This document shows positions 50,529 through 60,666 of a stretch of DNA of 64,000 nucleotides, piece by piece (the stretch's first letter is position 1; every line of letters starts with the position of its first letter). The stretch spans positions 26,676-90,675 of the forward strand of contig MGCQ01000008.1 in assembly GCA_001790445.1 (NCBI GenBank). Reading direction: 5' to 3'. A program made the position numbers and the translations under genes. The stretch comes from Candidatus Saccharibacteria bacterium RIFCSPHIGHO2_12_FULL_41_12. GTDB lineage: Bacteria; Patescibacteriota; Saccharimonadia; Saccharimonadales; 2-12-FULL-41-12. The notes under the pieces are model-generated. The model was given only the letters and a program-made list of their open reading frames with translations. It ran no database searches and was not told the origin of the DNA.

Positions 50529-52295
50529 ATGGATGCAGTGAGCGATATTAAGGCCAGGTTAAATATTGAAGACGTTATTGGTGAATATGTGCGGCTTAAG
50601 CGAACAGGTAGAAGCTATAAGGGCCTGAGCCCATTCACTAGCGAGAAGACGCCAAGTTTTGTAGTTAGTCCTGAGAAGAATATCTGGCACGATTTTAGCT
50701 CTGGCAAGGGTGGGGATATGTTTAGCTTCATTATGGAGGTAGAAAGCGTTGATTTTAAGGGTGCTTTGGAGCTATTGGCGCGAAAAGCTGGGGTTGACCT
50801 GGATAAATATCAGGCAAATTCTGGGCAAAAACAAAGCAAGGACCCACTGTACAAGATATTGGAAGACGCCACGCATTTTTACCAAAAATCACTTCTCAAA
50901 AACAAAAAGGCTCTGGACTATCTGTCTAAACAGAGGAAATTTTCTAAGCAAACCATCATTGATTTTCTGATTGGCTATAGCCCTGCAGGAGGCAGAGAGC
51001 TAATCGATTATTTGATGAGCAAAAACCATAAGATGATCGATATAGTCAAAGTAGGCTTGGTTAGCAAATATAATAATGAAAATCAGGATATGTTCAGGGG
51101 GCGGATTATGTTGCCACTGGCTGATTCGTTTGGCAGGGTTATTGGGTTCACAGCAAGACTATTAGATGATAAGCCAAATGCTCCAAAATATATCAACACA
51201 CCGAGCACAATTTTGTACGACAAAAGTCGACATGTTTATGGGCTCCACCTTGCAAAACAAGAAATAAAAAAACAAGGATTTTCGGTCGTGGTAGAGGGTA
51301 ATTTGGACGTAGTTAGCTCTCATCAAGTAGGAATTAAAAATGTAGTTGCTATTGCCGGTACAGCGTTGACAAAATATCAGACAAAAATTCTCGCTGGCCT
51401 TTCAGAGAACATACGCCTGGGGTTTGATCAAGACCGCGCAGGGCTAAAAGCCGCGGAGCGTTCGTTAGAAGTTGTGGCCGATCAATCTGTTAATTTGTGT
51501 ATGATTACCGTTCCAAAAGGTCAAGACCCAGACGAACTAATCCAAAAAGATCCTAAATTATGGCGCGAGGCTATTGATAATTACGACTACGCAATTGATT
51601 GGATTATTAAGAAATATATGCAAGATTTTGACCTGTCGAGTCCTATTGGCAAAAAGAATTTTGGTGCGAGCATTACAGATGTGCTTAAAAAAATTAAAGA
51701 CCCAATAGAACAAGAACATTATATTAACGTTGTGTCTGAGCATTCTGGGATATCAAGTTCTGCTTTGGGGGCAAGGATTGCGCAGATAAGTCAATCAGAA
51801 AACGTACGTCCTCTAAAGTCAGTCAAAAATAAGGCCGAAGATAACAACAAACTAAACATAGAAATTAAAAAATCAATCGATCAAATATTAGCAATTATGT
51901 TTTTTGTGCCAACGACGAGACAACTCGCCTGCGATCTTACCCCAGATGCACTGAAAACTGCTGAGCAGAAGGCTGTATTTGATTTCTTGAGGACGAACCT
52001 CACTGCCAAACCTGCTCAAGTTATTAGCAACCTAACAGATTACAAAGAGTTGAGTGAGTTTGAAAATTATGTTAAGATACTAGCAGTAAACTTTGAAGAA
52101 TTGTTTCAAGATATTGAAACACTTGAGTTGCAATATGAAGCCCAGAGGCTAAAAAATAAAATTGTTGAACAATATGTCAGAGCAAAAAAACTGACAATCT
52201 CTATAGAACTTAAAGGTGCGGATCCAAAAAAAGAGAGAACTCTCTTGGAGCAATCCGGCAAACTCGATAAAATGTTAAAAAGCAAGAAGGTGTAG
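50529..52295 (+). CDS. dnaG: DNA primase
   Basis: [23 protein letters not shown] (zinc-ribbon homologous block), RNA polymerase domain and TOPRIM ([19 protein letters not shown]). It lies directly upstream of rpoD. Confidence 0.88.
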   Translation: MDAVSDIKARLNIEDVIGEYVRLKRTGRSYKGLSPFTSEKTPSFVVSPEKNIWHDFSSGKGGDMFSFIMEVESVDFKGALELLARKAGVDLDKYQANSGQKQSKDPLYKILEDATHFYQKSLLKNKKALDYLSKQRKFSKQTIIDFLIGYSPAGGRELIDYLMSKNHKMIDIVKVGLVSKYNNENQDMFRGRIMLPLADSFGRVIGFTARLLDDKPNAPKYINTPSTILYDKSRHVYGLHLAKQEIKKQGFSVVVEGNLDVVSSHQVGIKNVVAIAGTALTKYQTKILAGLSENIRLGFDQDRAGLKAAERSLEVVADQSVNLCMITVPKGQDPDELIQKDPKLWREAIDNYDYAIDWIIKKYMQDFDLSSPIGKKNFGASITDVLKKIKDPIEQEHYINVVSEHSGISSSALGARIAQISQSENVRPLKSVKNKAEDNNKLNIEIKKSIDQILAIMFFVPTTRQLACDLTPDALKTAEQKAVFDFLRTNLTAKPAQVISNLTDYKELSEFENYVKILAVNFEELFQDIETLELQYEAQRLKNKIVEQYVRAKKLTISIELKGADPKKERTLLEQSGKLDKMLKSKKV

Positions 52296-52297
52296 TT

Positions 52298-53398
52298 ATG
52301 GTTGATGAACAAAAAAGCATGGATGATATAAAAAGTGAGTTAGTAGAAAAGGCCAAAAAAGACGGCAAGATTAAACAAGAAGATATTTTTAGCCAAATAC
52401 CTGATCTTCCGGCAAATGCGGAAATATTAGACGGTCTTTATACCGAGCTAGCTGACTTAAATATTGAGGTGGACAATGGCGACGGGACCAGTGTTAAATT
52501 AGCCGATGATTGGTCGACCGAGGACGACGAAGAAGTTGTTGTCGATGACAAAGTGTATCTGGACGATATCGCTGATGATTCTGTGCGCCTGTACCTCCGC
52601 GAAATAGGTAAAATTCCGCTGTTGAAGGGACCAGAAGAGTTAGAACTAGCTTATAGAGTAGTTGCTGGCGAAAAAGAGGCTAAGGACAAGATGGCAGAAG
52701 CCAACATGCGTTTGGTCGTTAGTATCGCCAAGCGTTATGTAGGCAGGGGGCTTGATCTGCTTGATCTGATCCAAGAAGGTAATACAGGACTTTTGCGAGC
52801 AGTTGAGAAATTTGACCCAGATAAAGGGTTCAAATTTAGCACCTACGCTACTTGGTGGATTCGTCAAGCTATAACAAGGGCCATCGCTGATCAAGCTAGA
52901 GTTATTCGCATCCCTGTGCACATGTTCGAGACGATCAACAAGCTACTGCGGACCCAGAGGCGTCTAACTCAAGAGCTCAACCGTGAACCAACAAATGAGG
53001 AAATTGCTGAGGCGATGGAGATGGATGTAGAAAAAGTTGAACACATCATGAAGATCAAGCAGGATATTCACTCACTTGATGCCAGTGTTCGTGATGATGA
53101 GGAAGATAGTGTGTTAGGCGATTTTATCGAGGACGAAGATACTGTCACCCCCGAAGAATCAGCCACCGGGCAGTTACTAAAAGAGCATGTAAAAGATATG
53201 CTAGGATCACTTTCTGATCGTGAGCAGAAGATAATTAAGCTACGATTTGGACTTGAAGATGGTAAGAACCATACTCTTGAGGAAGTAGGGCAGGAATTCA
53301 GCGTAACTCGAGAGAGAATTAGGCAGATCGAGGCCAAAGCCCTAGCAAAACTAAAGAAACACAAAGATGCCAAAAAACTTCACGACTACATAGGCTAG
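52298..53398 (+). CDS. rpoD: RNA polymerase primary sigma factor (sigma-70 family)
   Basis: [16 protein letters not shown] (region 1.2), [57 protein letters not shown] (region 2), and region 4 [19 protein letters not shown]. Confidence 0.93.
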   Translation: MVDEQKSMDDIKSELVEKAKKDGKIKQEDIFSQIPDLPANAEILDGLYTELADLNIEVDNGDGTSVKLADDWSTEDDEEVVVDDKVYLDDIADDSVRLYLREIGKIPLLKGPEELELAYRVVAGEKEAKDKMAEANMRLVVSIAKRYVGRGLDLLDLIQEGNTGLLRAVEKFDPDKGFKFSTYATWWIRQAITRAIADQARVIRIPVHMFETINKLLRTQRRLTQELNREPTNEEIAEAMEMDVEKVEHIMKIKQDIHSLDASVRDDEEDSVLGDFIEDEDTVTPEESATGQLLKEHVKDMLGSLSDREQKIIKLRFGLEDGKNHTLEEVGQEFSVTRERIRQIEAKALAKLKKHKDAKKLHDYIG

Positions 53399-53402
53399 AG
53401 CA

Positions 53403-53963
53403 ATGAAAATAGTGGGAATTGGTGGCACAAATGGTTCTGGCAAAGACACAGTCGGACAAATCCTAGAGGAAAAACATGGCTGGAAATTCATATCTTTGAG
53501 TGATGTGCTCAGGGATGAGGCTACTGCTAGAGGTTTGACAACGGATAGGCAAAACCTGAGACAAGTCAGCACTGAGTTGCGACGACAACATGGCACGGGA
53601 GTAATGATTGATAGGGTTATAGAAAAATATAATCAACAGGGTGGAAAATATAAAGGTTTGGTAACATCCGCACTCCGTAACGGTGGAGAAGCAGACAGAG
53701 TGCATGAACTTGGCGGACAAGTGATTTGGGTTGATGCAGATCCAAAACTCCGCTACAAAAGAATATGTGCACGTTCTCGGTCAGATGACAGGGTAAGTTT
53801 TGAAGAATTTATGGAGCAAGAACAAATAGAAATGCATCAAGCAATCAACCAATTTGAGTTGAAAGCAGCAGATGTGAAAGAAAAGGCCGATCAGGTGGTT
53901 GAAAATGATTCAAATTACGAAGACCTAGCTGGCAAAATAGACACTCTTGTAAAAGAATTTTAA
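53403..53963 (+). CDS. P-loop nucleoside/nucleotide kinase-like protein (CoaE / adenylate-kinase-like fold)
   Basis: Walker A IGGTNGSGKDTV at the N-terminus. 186 aa. The substrate cannot be determined from the sequence. Confidence 0.4.
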   Translation: MKIVGIGGTNGSGKDTVGQILEEKHGWKFISLSDVLRDEATARGLTTDRQNLRQVSTELRRQHGTGVMIDRVIEKYNQQGGKYKGLVTSALRNGGEADRVHELGGQVIWVDADPKLRYKRICARSRSDDRVSFEEFMEQEQIEMHQAINQFELKAADVKEKADQVVENDSNYEDLAGKIDTLVKEF

Positions 53964-55043
53964 CTATAGACCCTTTTTGATTTCGCTGGCAAGAGCAGGA
54001 TTCCACATTGCTCCAGTCGCCGATTGCACTAAATCGGCGCCGGCAGTTCGGTATTCTTTGAAGTCATCAGTTGTCATAACACCACCAACTCCAATAATCT
54101 CGAGTTCAAGAGAATTAGTATCAATTATCTGTCTAATTCGTTTTGTCATATCGAGTCCTCCCCACTTAATTGAAGCCCCACAAACACCACTTTTAAGACG
54201 ATTTGGTCCCGGCAAAGCTTGTTCACCGCTCTCGTTTACTACCGGGGCTGAAATAGTGTTAATAACAGATACAGCAGCAAGGTATGGGCTTGTATCTTTG
54301 ATAATTTTTTCTAATAATGCCTGCTGCTGTTTTGAAAAATAACCAAATTTTGCTATTAAAGGGATGCCCCCAACTTTATTTTTGACGCGTTTGCATATTC
54401 CGATAACTGCATCATAGTTGTAGCACAGCACACCTTCAGTCGCTACATTTGGACATGATAAGTTAATCTCAATTGCTTGAACGCCTGTATTGGCGGCAAG
54501 TTCTGCAGCATAGGCAAAATCATCCCAATAATCTTCTTCAGAAAAATCGTCTTGAATACTGCCAACTACGCTCATGATCAAAAGTTGCCCCTTGCCCTGA
54601 TATGATAGAGCCTTTTTTAAATCGTTGACCCAAAATTCTGGCCCACGAGATGGATTGCCAAAAGAATTGGTGATAGATAATTCTTTTTCAGATTTATTGG
54701 TAGAGAGTAGACCAAGTTGTGGTTTCTCTGCTTTTTCTAATGTTAGATCACCATCTACATCTAGATACATAACATTAGGGAATTTATTGCAATTAAAAGG
54801 TATACTGCGCTGAGTTTTGTAGCACAGTACATCAAACCCGTTTTCAAAGGCGTACTTAATATAGTCACTATTGAGCAGTGGTCCTGCAGGAATGCCAAAA
54901 GGTGAGTAAAGTTTTTTGCCAAGAAAACTAAAGCTTGGTTCACCCGAATTATTATCTTTTACTTCTCTGCCAGTAGTAGTTGGGCCGTCGTCAAAGTTAT
55001 CGTCGTATGTTTTGCCTGGATCGTAGAATGCACTTGTGCTCAT
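53964..55043 (-). CDS. pyrD: dihydroorotate dehydrogenase family protein (class 1-like, Cys active-site base)
   Basis: SPFGIPAGPL, IEINLSCPNV, IPLIAKF and IIGVGGV motifs. Adjacent to a dihydroorotase gene. A PreA-type dihydropyrimidine dehydrogenase is an alternative assignment. Confidence 0.6.
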   Translation of the reverse strand: MSTSAFYDPGKTYDDNFDDGPTTTGREVKDNNSGEPSFSFLGKKLYSPFGIPAGPLLNSDYIKYAFENGFDVLCYKTQRSIPFNCNKFPNVMYLDVDGDLTLEKAEKPQLGLLSTNKSEKELSITNSFGNPSRGPEFWVNDLKKALSYQGKGQLLIMSVVGSIQDDFSEEDYWDDFAYAAELAANTGVQAIEINLSCPNVATEGVLCYNYDAVIGICKRVKNKVGGIPLIAKFGYFSKQQQALLEKIIKDTSPYLAAVSVINTISAPVVNESGEQALPGPNRLKSGVCGASIKWGGLDMTKRIRQIIDTNSLELEIIGVGGVMTTDDFKEYRTAGADLVQSATGAMWNPALASEIKKGL

Positions 55044-55064
55044 AATGTACTCAGTTTAACAGTT

Positions 55065-56168
55065 TTATTTAGTCTCATGAACTATTTTTCCTGAAGAAAC
55101 TAATTTAATTAACTTACCACCTGCAATGTAGCCGACATATGGGGACCAGTCTGAACCTGAAATAACGTCTTTTTCTGAAATTCTTTTAACGCTCTGATCC
55201 GATATATCCCACTTTGCATAATTTTTTGCTGGGCCAAATGTATTTTTATCGAGTCCCAGAACCTTTATGGGTTGTGTGTGGGTGGCATCAATTAACCTAT
55301 CAAGACTTATAATGTTCTTGCGAACAAGACTGAGCATGATTGGCATAATATGTTCAATACCAGGAACGCCAAAACAGGTAGTATGAGTTGGTTTGTGAAC
55401 TCCGTGGGGGTTGTTTGTTTCAGCAGCCAATTTATAGTCTTTAGTATGTGGGGCATAGTCAGATTCGAGTAGATCAATAGCCCCGCCAGCAAATAATTTT
55501 AACAGGGACTCAGCTTCATCTTGGTTGGCTAGTGGTGGTTGCATTCTGGAAAACCAGCCTTTGCCTAATGTTTCATGTGACGTTTTCAGTAGGTGGTGGG
55601 GGCATACCCCACAGCTGATTTTGTAGCCTTTGGTCTTGTATGAATTGATTAGTTTGACTGCTTTTGATGAATGCACGTGACAGATATGCAGATGGTGTGA
55701 GTATTTTTTTGTCACTAGGTTGATGAGGTCCTCGAGGTTATCAGCTCCAGCGTGGAGCATGATTGGTTTGTCAGGCGCGACGCGGTGCCACTCTTTGATA
55801 ATTTGCTCAAAATCTTTGGCGGTATAGTCTTTGTCATTTCCTGTTGTTGGTGCGCCGTAGAGTTTGAGCCCCACAGCTCCTGCGCTGGCCATACTTTCTA
55901 GCTGGGCAATATTATTTGATTCTGGTTGGCTACCTGCGTAGAACAGAGTGGTTACGGTTGCGTTCTTTTTGGCAATTGCTATCTTTTCTTTGAGTTTAGC
56001 AACTGTCCACGTTGGATTGCCGGGGTTGTTTGGCATATCGCAAATTAACGAAAAACCACCATGAGCAGCAGCTAGCGACCCGTTTTTGATGGTCTCTGCT
56101 TTGTTGTCACTTGGTTCTCGCAAGTGTACGTGCAAATCAATTGCTCCCGGCAATTTTATAATCGACAT
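55065..56168 (-). CDS. pyrC: dihydroorotase / cyclic amidohydrolase
   Basis: Start set at ATG 56168 (MSIIKLPGAIDLHVHLREP, DxHVHxREP metal motif). The 72-codon upstream extension in the track overlaps the divergent suhB-like gene and is hydrophobic nonsense. Confidence 0.65.
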   Translation of the reverse strand: MSIIKLPGAIDLHVHLREPSDNKAETIKNGSLAAAHGGFSLICDMPNNPGNPTWTVAKLKEKIAIAKKNATVTTLFYAGSQPESNNIAQLESMASAGAVGLKLYGAPTTGNDKDYTAKDFEQIIKEWHRVAPDKPIMLHAGADNLEDLINLVTKKYSHHLHICHVHSSKAVKLINSYKTKGYKISCGVCPHHLLKTSHETLGKGWFSRMQPPLANQDEAESLLKLFAGGAIDLLESDYAPHTKDYKLAAETNNPHGVHKPTHTTCFGVPGIEHIMPIMLSLVRKNIISLDRLIDATHTQPIKVLGLDKNTFGPAKNYAKWDISDQSVKRISEKDVISGSDWSPYVGYIAGGKLIKLVSSGKIVHETK

Positions 56169-56229
56169 TATAATTATCCTATAGAAATTCGATATAAAAC
56201 ACAAGAGTTGGGTGGTATAATTGGATATA

Positions 56230-57018
56230 ATGAAATATGAAAAAGAGTTAGCTCTCGCAAAAGATCTAGCCGACAAAGCAGGCAAAATCATGCATAAGTA
56301 TTTTAATGCAGAGCATAGGAAAACTGTTAAACGCGACGGATCATTTGTCACAGCTGCCGACACCGAAGCTAATGACATGGTCATTGAAGAGATACAAAAG
56401 CATTTTCCAGACCACGGGATAATAGGAGAAGAAGCATCGCGTCATAATGGGGAGGACTACACCTGGATCTGTGATCCGATAGACGGAACTCTGCAGTTTA
56501 CACTGGGGTTGCCTGTTACAGTTTTTGCAATTGGATTTATGCATCAGGGAAAGATGCTCATGAGTGTGATTTATAATCCTTTTACAGATGATCTTGCCTG
56601 GGCAGTTAAGGGAGAAGGCGCGTATTTAAACGATCAAAAGATATCAGTTTCAGACCGTGAAGATATAAATGCTTCTGTTATGGACGTGTTTGGAGCGAGT
56701 AAATACTTTAGCAAATATAAATTCTTCGATAATGAAAGAAGCAAATATGAATTTGTACCATCTGGAGTGTATTCAGGACTTTACGGAGGTATGTTGGTAG
56801 CCTGTGGACGTATTGATGGAGCAATTTTTAATATGTCACCACCACACGACAGTGCTATGGCTCAACTTTTAGTGGTAGAAGCTGGCGGTGTAGCGACTAA
56901 TTTAGTTGGCAGAGATCAGCGATATGACAAGCCAGTCTTTGGTCTAATAGTTGGCAATAAAAAAATCCACAGCGAGCTCCTAAAAATTGTAGAGCCATAC
57001 TTAGAAATAGAGCAATAA
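56230..57018 (+). CDS. inositol monophosphatase family protein (SuhB-like)
   Basis: GEE...WICDPIDGT motif and C-terminal family blocks. ATG 56230 is preferred to TTG 56221. Confidence 0.75.
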   Translation: MKYEKELALAKDLADKAGKIMHKYFNAEHRKTVKRDGSFVTAADTEANDMVIEEIQKHFPDHGIIGEEASRHNGEDYTWICDPIDGTLQFTLGLPVTVFAIGFMHQGKMLMSVIYNPFTDDLAWAVKGEGAYLNDQKISVSDREDINASVMDVFGASKYFSKYKFFDNERSKYEFVPSGVYSGLYGGMLVACGRIDGAIFNMSPPHDSAMAQLLVVEAGGVATNLVGRDQRYDKPVFGLIVGNKKIHSELLKIVEPYLEIEQ

Positions 57019-57032
57019 ACAACTTTAGCTTC

Positions 57033-57550
57033 TTGCGCTAAGCCCTTGGCAGGGCTTTTATCACCTTACTTTTTCTCTATAGCAAGAAAAAGTAAGCAAA
57101 AAGTGCCACCCCAGTGATCAAAACAAACCCTGAACCTACAAGACAACAGACAAGACTATTCTTGCGGGACTCCTTCCAGTCGGGTCTAAAGACCTAGTCC
57201 TCAGAATAATCTGTCTGTAGCTTTGTATCTCCAAGGTGTTTTAATCAAGGGGATAATAAGCAGTCTAAAGTATTTAACCACTGTGTTTTCCTCCAGAAAA
57301 CACAGATTATTATGATCTAACTGCTTTTGAACCAGGCCTTTGAATAACTGATGAAATATCTATTCAAGCAACGCCATGTTTTGAGGACTACCCCGCCTTC
57401 AGGCGGGGCGACCAAAGGGAGTCCCGGAAAAACTGGGTTGGTTGGATAGATATTTCAATCATGTTACTTCAATAGCCTGCTATTTCTTTGCATACTTTCT
57501 TGTTAGCACAAGAAAGTATGGTGATTGAAAGCCAAAGGCTTTAATCGCAA
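57033..57550 (+). repeat. ~510-bp structured intergenic repeat, copy D (full length, divergent 3' half)
   Basis: The left 220 nt are nearly identical to copy B. The central apical hairpin is replaced by ctgtgttttc-ctcca-gaaaacacag. The 3' arm is largely different but retains a ccccgcc-ttca-ggcgggg hairpin (57391-57408), the sub-terminal hairpin and the terminal aaagcc-aaa-ggcttt hairpin. Confidence 0.88.
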
Positions 57551-57608
57551 CGGGGTTACGAGCTTATTCATAATAAAGAGTTTATAAATAAAAGTGTATA
57601 ATTAGCCT

Positions 57609-60257
57609 ATGGCGACGGAGAGGAAGAAGCTAGTCATAATTGACGGCAAAAGTGTGTTTTACAGAGGGTATTATGCTATGGGTAGCCTTACCACTAAGGA
57701 TGGTAAGCCAACCGGCGGAGTGTACGGTTTTGCTACGATGGCGCTGGAAGTTATCAATAGACTGAGTCCTGATTATGTTGCAATTGCTTGGGACAAGCCA
57801 AAGACCAATATTCGCAAAAGAAGAGAACTTTATCCTGACTACAAAATCCACCGCAAGCCTGCGCCCCCAGATTTTTACGAACAAATACCGATGTTACATG
57901 AGCTGCTTGATTCTTTTGGCTGGCCACTTTACGAGCTAGACGATTACGAGGCAGACGATATTATGGGGGCTTTGGCGGTGCAGGCGAAAAAGGCTAATAT
58001 CGAGACTTTATTGATCACGTCCGATCTTGATATGCTACAGCTAATAAATACTCATGTCCATGTCTATGCTCTTAAAAAGGGACTCAGCAATATTGAGCTA
58101 TTTCATCCAGAATCTTTTGAAGCAAAATACGGTATTAGAGTTGATCAATACCTAGACCTTAAGAGTTTGAAAGGCGACAGCTCTGATAACATTCCTGGTG
58201 TTCCCGGAGTTGGCGAAAAGACCGCCCTGAAACTAATTGAGGAATATGAAACTCTCGATAATGTATATAAAAATCTCCCAAATATTAATGAAACTACGCG
58301 CAAGAAACTGGCTGCGGGCAAGGAATTGGCCTATTTGAGTAAACAATTAGCTCACATATGGATTGATGCTCCAATAAAGCTTAATCTTGACGAGGTAGAC
58401 GGGAGGCATATTAAACCCGATAAGGTCATTGAACTACTGACAAAACTCGAGTTTAGAACTTTAGCGAATAAAGCCAAAGATGTGTTAGATATCAGTGAGT
58501 CAGACATGCCTGGAATGACATTTGCGGAGCATTCAGGAGAAGTTGTCAGAATCAATACAAGCAATAAAGCAAAAGCAGTCTTAGTATCACAAATTGCCAA
58601 TGTAGATAATATTTTTGTTCAAACCAGAGTTCAAGACAATCTTGGCAAGAGCCTGAAGGCGTTAATTGTTAACATAGACGCAAAACAGACGTATATAATT
58701 GATCCTAAATTGCTGGAGGATACTTCGTTTATTGCTAGTCTTTTTAGCAAAAAGTCGCAGGTAATCGGTTACGATTTAAAGCCACTGATTAAAGTTATGA
58801 TCAATCGCGGTATAGATCTTCCGCCAAGTTTATTTGATCTTAAAATAGCTGCTTTTTTATATAATTCCCTTGAGAGAGATCTCTCCGTGAGCGGTATGGC
58901 GAAAAGTTATTTAAACTGGCAGGGGCCAGAACTTGATAACCTTGATATTTCAGAACTGGAGGCTTTGGCTGGAGAAATCATGCAAGTAATACGTGGTTTG
59001 TACTCATATTTTCAAATAGATTTTGGCAAAAGCCCAGAAATCAAAAAAATCGCCAAAGAAATTGAGATGCCGATGATTCCAATTTTAGCTGCAATGGAAA
59101 TTCATGGTATAGCCCTGGACACAGATTATCTTAGAAAACTCGGGGATCAACTAACGGACAAACTAAGTGACATTGAGCAGGAAATCTATGGTTACGCAGA
59201 CGAAGAATTCAATATAAATAGCCCGAAGCAACTGGCTGATATTCTCTTTGAAAAACTTGCTCTCCCAACTGCGGGGGTAAAAAAGGGCAAAACAGGCTAT
59301 AGCACAGCGGCAGGAGAGCTGACCAAGCTTAAATTCGCACATCCAATTATTGAGTTAATCCAAAACCACAGGGAAATGTCGAAACTGATGAATACTTATG
59401 TTAATACTTTGCCTGATCAAGTTGACGAAGATGGTCGAGTACATACCAATTTTAGTCTCACTACTGCACAGACAGGGCGCCTTAGCTCAAATGACCCTAA
59501 TTTACAGAATATACCTACCAAAACAGAGCTAGGTAACCAAGTTCGTAGGGCGTTTAGGGCCCCCGGCGGCAGATCGTTTGTTAGCGCAGATTATAGTCAA
59601 TTCGAGCTGAGAATAGCAGCATTTTTGGCTGGCGACAAAGACATGATAGAGGTTTTTAATGATGATATAGATATTCACATGGCAACAGCTATGCAGATAT
59701 ATGGTAGGAATGAAGATGATATCACCAAAACAATGAGGCGTGATGCAAAAGTTATTAATTTTGGCGTTTTATATGGCATGAGTCCGCACGGTCTTTCAGA
59801 AGCAACAGGCATGACTATCGTTATGGCAAAAGACTATATTGACAAGTATTTCGTGGTTAGAAAACCATTGCAGGGATACCTAGAATCCTTAAAAGAACAA
59901 GCTCGTACCAAAGGCTATGTGGCTACATATTTTGGTAGAAGACGTTATACTCCAGATGTGCTTTCTAGCAATTTTATTGTTCGCTCTGCTGCTGAGCGAG
60001 CAGCTATCAACATGCCGATACAAGGCACAGCTTCTGACATAATGAAAATCGCTATGCTCAAAGTACAAAAAAAGTTAGAGAAATTTACCGATACTCACAT
60101 GCTTCTGCAAATTCATGACTCGCTTATTGTAGAAGTACCAACCAAGGATGCAGAGCAGATAGCGAAATTGATCAAAGAGACCATGGAAAATGCAGTGAAA
60201 TTAGATGTTAAAATCACCGTAGATACCGCAATAGCCGACAACTGGGCCGACCTTTAA
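57609..60257 (+). CDS. polA: DNA polymerase I
   Basis: N-terminal 5'-3' exonuclease (LVIIDGKSVFYRGYYA...), HhH GDSSDNIPGVPGVGEKTA, and polymerase motifs A (SADYSQFELRI), B (RRDAKVINFGVLYG) and C (LQIHDSLIVE). Confidence 0.93.
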   Translation: MATERKKLVIIDGKSVFYRGYYAMGSLTTKDGKPTGGVYGFATMALEVINRLSPDYVAIAWDKPKTNIRKRRELYPDYKIHRKPAPPDFYEQIPMLHELLDSFGWPLYELDDYEADDIMGALAVQAKKANIETLLITSDLDMLQLINTHVHVYALKKGLSNIELFHPESFEAKYGIRVDQYLDLKSLKGDSSDNIPGVPGVGEKTALKLIEEYETLDNVYKNLPNINETTRKKLAAGKELAYLSKQLAHIWIDAPIKLNLDEVDGRHIKPDKVIELLTKLEFRTLANKAKDVLDISESDMPGMTFAEHSGEVVRINTSNKAKAVLVSQIANVDNIFVQTRVQDNLGKSLKALIVNIDAKQTYIIDPKLLEDTSFIASLFSKKSQVIGYDLKPLIKVMINRGIDLPPSLFDLKIAAFLYNSLERDLSVSGMAKSYLNWQGPELDNLDISELEALAGEIMQVIRGLYSYFQIDFGKSPEIKKIAKEIEMPMIPILAAMEIHGIALDTDYLRKLGDQLTDKLSDIEQEIYGYADEEFNINSPKQLADILFEKLALPTAGVKKGKTGYSTAAGELTKLKFAHPIIELIQNHREMSKLMNTYVNTLPDQVDEDGRVHTNFSLTTAQTGRLSSNDPNLQNIPTKTELGNQVRRAFRAPGGRSFVSADYSQFELRIAAFLAGDKDMIEVFNDDIDIHMATAMQIYGRNEDDITKTMRRDAKVINFGVLYGMSPHGLSEATGMTIVMAKDYIDKYFVVRKPLQGYLESLKEQARTKGYVATYFGRRRYTPDVLSSNFIVRSAAERAAINMPIQGTASDIMKIAMLKVQKKLEKFTDTHMLLQIHDSLIVEVPTKDAEQIAKLIKETMENAVKLDVKITVDTAIADNWADL

Positions 60258-60399
60258 GTCTGCGGCAGAAAACCCCAAATATGGTCACTCCAGCTGTTCT
60301 CTTCAAACAGAGCGTTTCTCGCCTAGAAAATATATTTTCTAGGGTTGCACTACGCTTATACTCTGTTTTAAGAGAACAGCCTGGAGCTACTTCCGGTGT

Positions 60400-60645
60400 T
60401 TATTTGATTCTTATGATGAGTTTTTTGTCGGTTTTTACGATAGATTGTAGCTCTAAAATTTTATAGCGAAGACTTGTGGCCAAAGCTCCTGAGTCGACGG
60501 TTATAATAATAGAATTTTTGTTAATTTCTACATGGGGTGTTTCAGCAAACTTTTCAAAGACAAACTTTTTAATTTGAGAAATTTCTTCAGGTTCCTGATA
60601 TTTTTTGTTGCCAAGTAAATAATTTAGGCTGTCTGTCATGATCAT
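60400..60645 (-). CDS. DUF721-like (DciA-type) small protein
   Basis: 81 aa. The pattern ...HVEINKNSIIITVDSGALATSLRYKILELQSIV... resembles the DUF721 core (v..g.L.v.v.s.a.a.eL). Confidence 0.4.
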   Translation of the reverse strand: MIMTDSLNYLLGNKKYQEPEEISQIKKFVFEKFAETPHVEINKNSIIITVDSGALATSLRYKILELQSIVKTDKKLIIRIK

Positions 60646-60666
60646 AGTTTACTATATAATAAGAAT

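Noticed and set aside
56169-56384. The 72-codon N-terminal extension of the dihydroorotase ORF (track start at 56384).
   Set aside because: The extension overlaps the divergent suhB-like gene and its start region, and reads as hydrophobic nonsense. The conserved DxHVHxREP motif follows immediately after the internal ATG at 56168.
22543-57550. Whether the repeated ~510-bp and 165-bp elements, or the 36-bp palindromes, could be a CRISPR array.
   Set aside because: The copies are kilobases apart, of the wrong length, and separated by ordinary genes rather than short unique spacers. No cas genes are present. The PaaX-like protein only shares a Cas2-like fold pattern.
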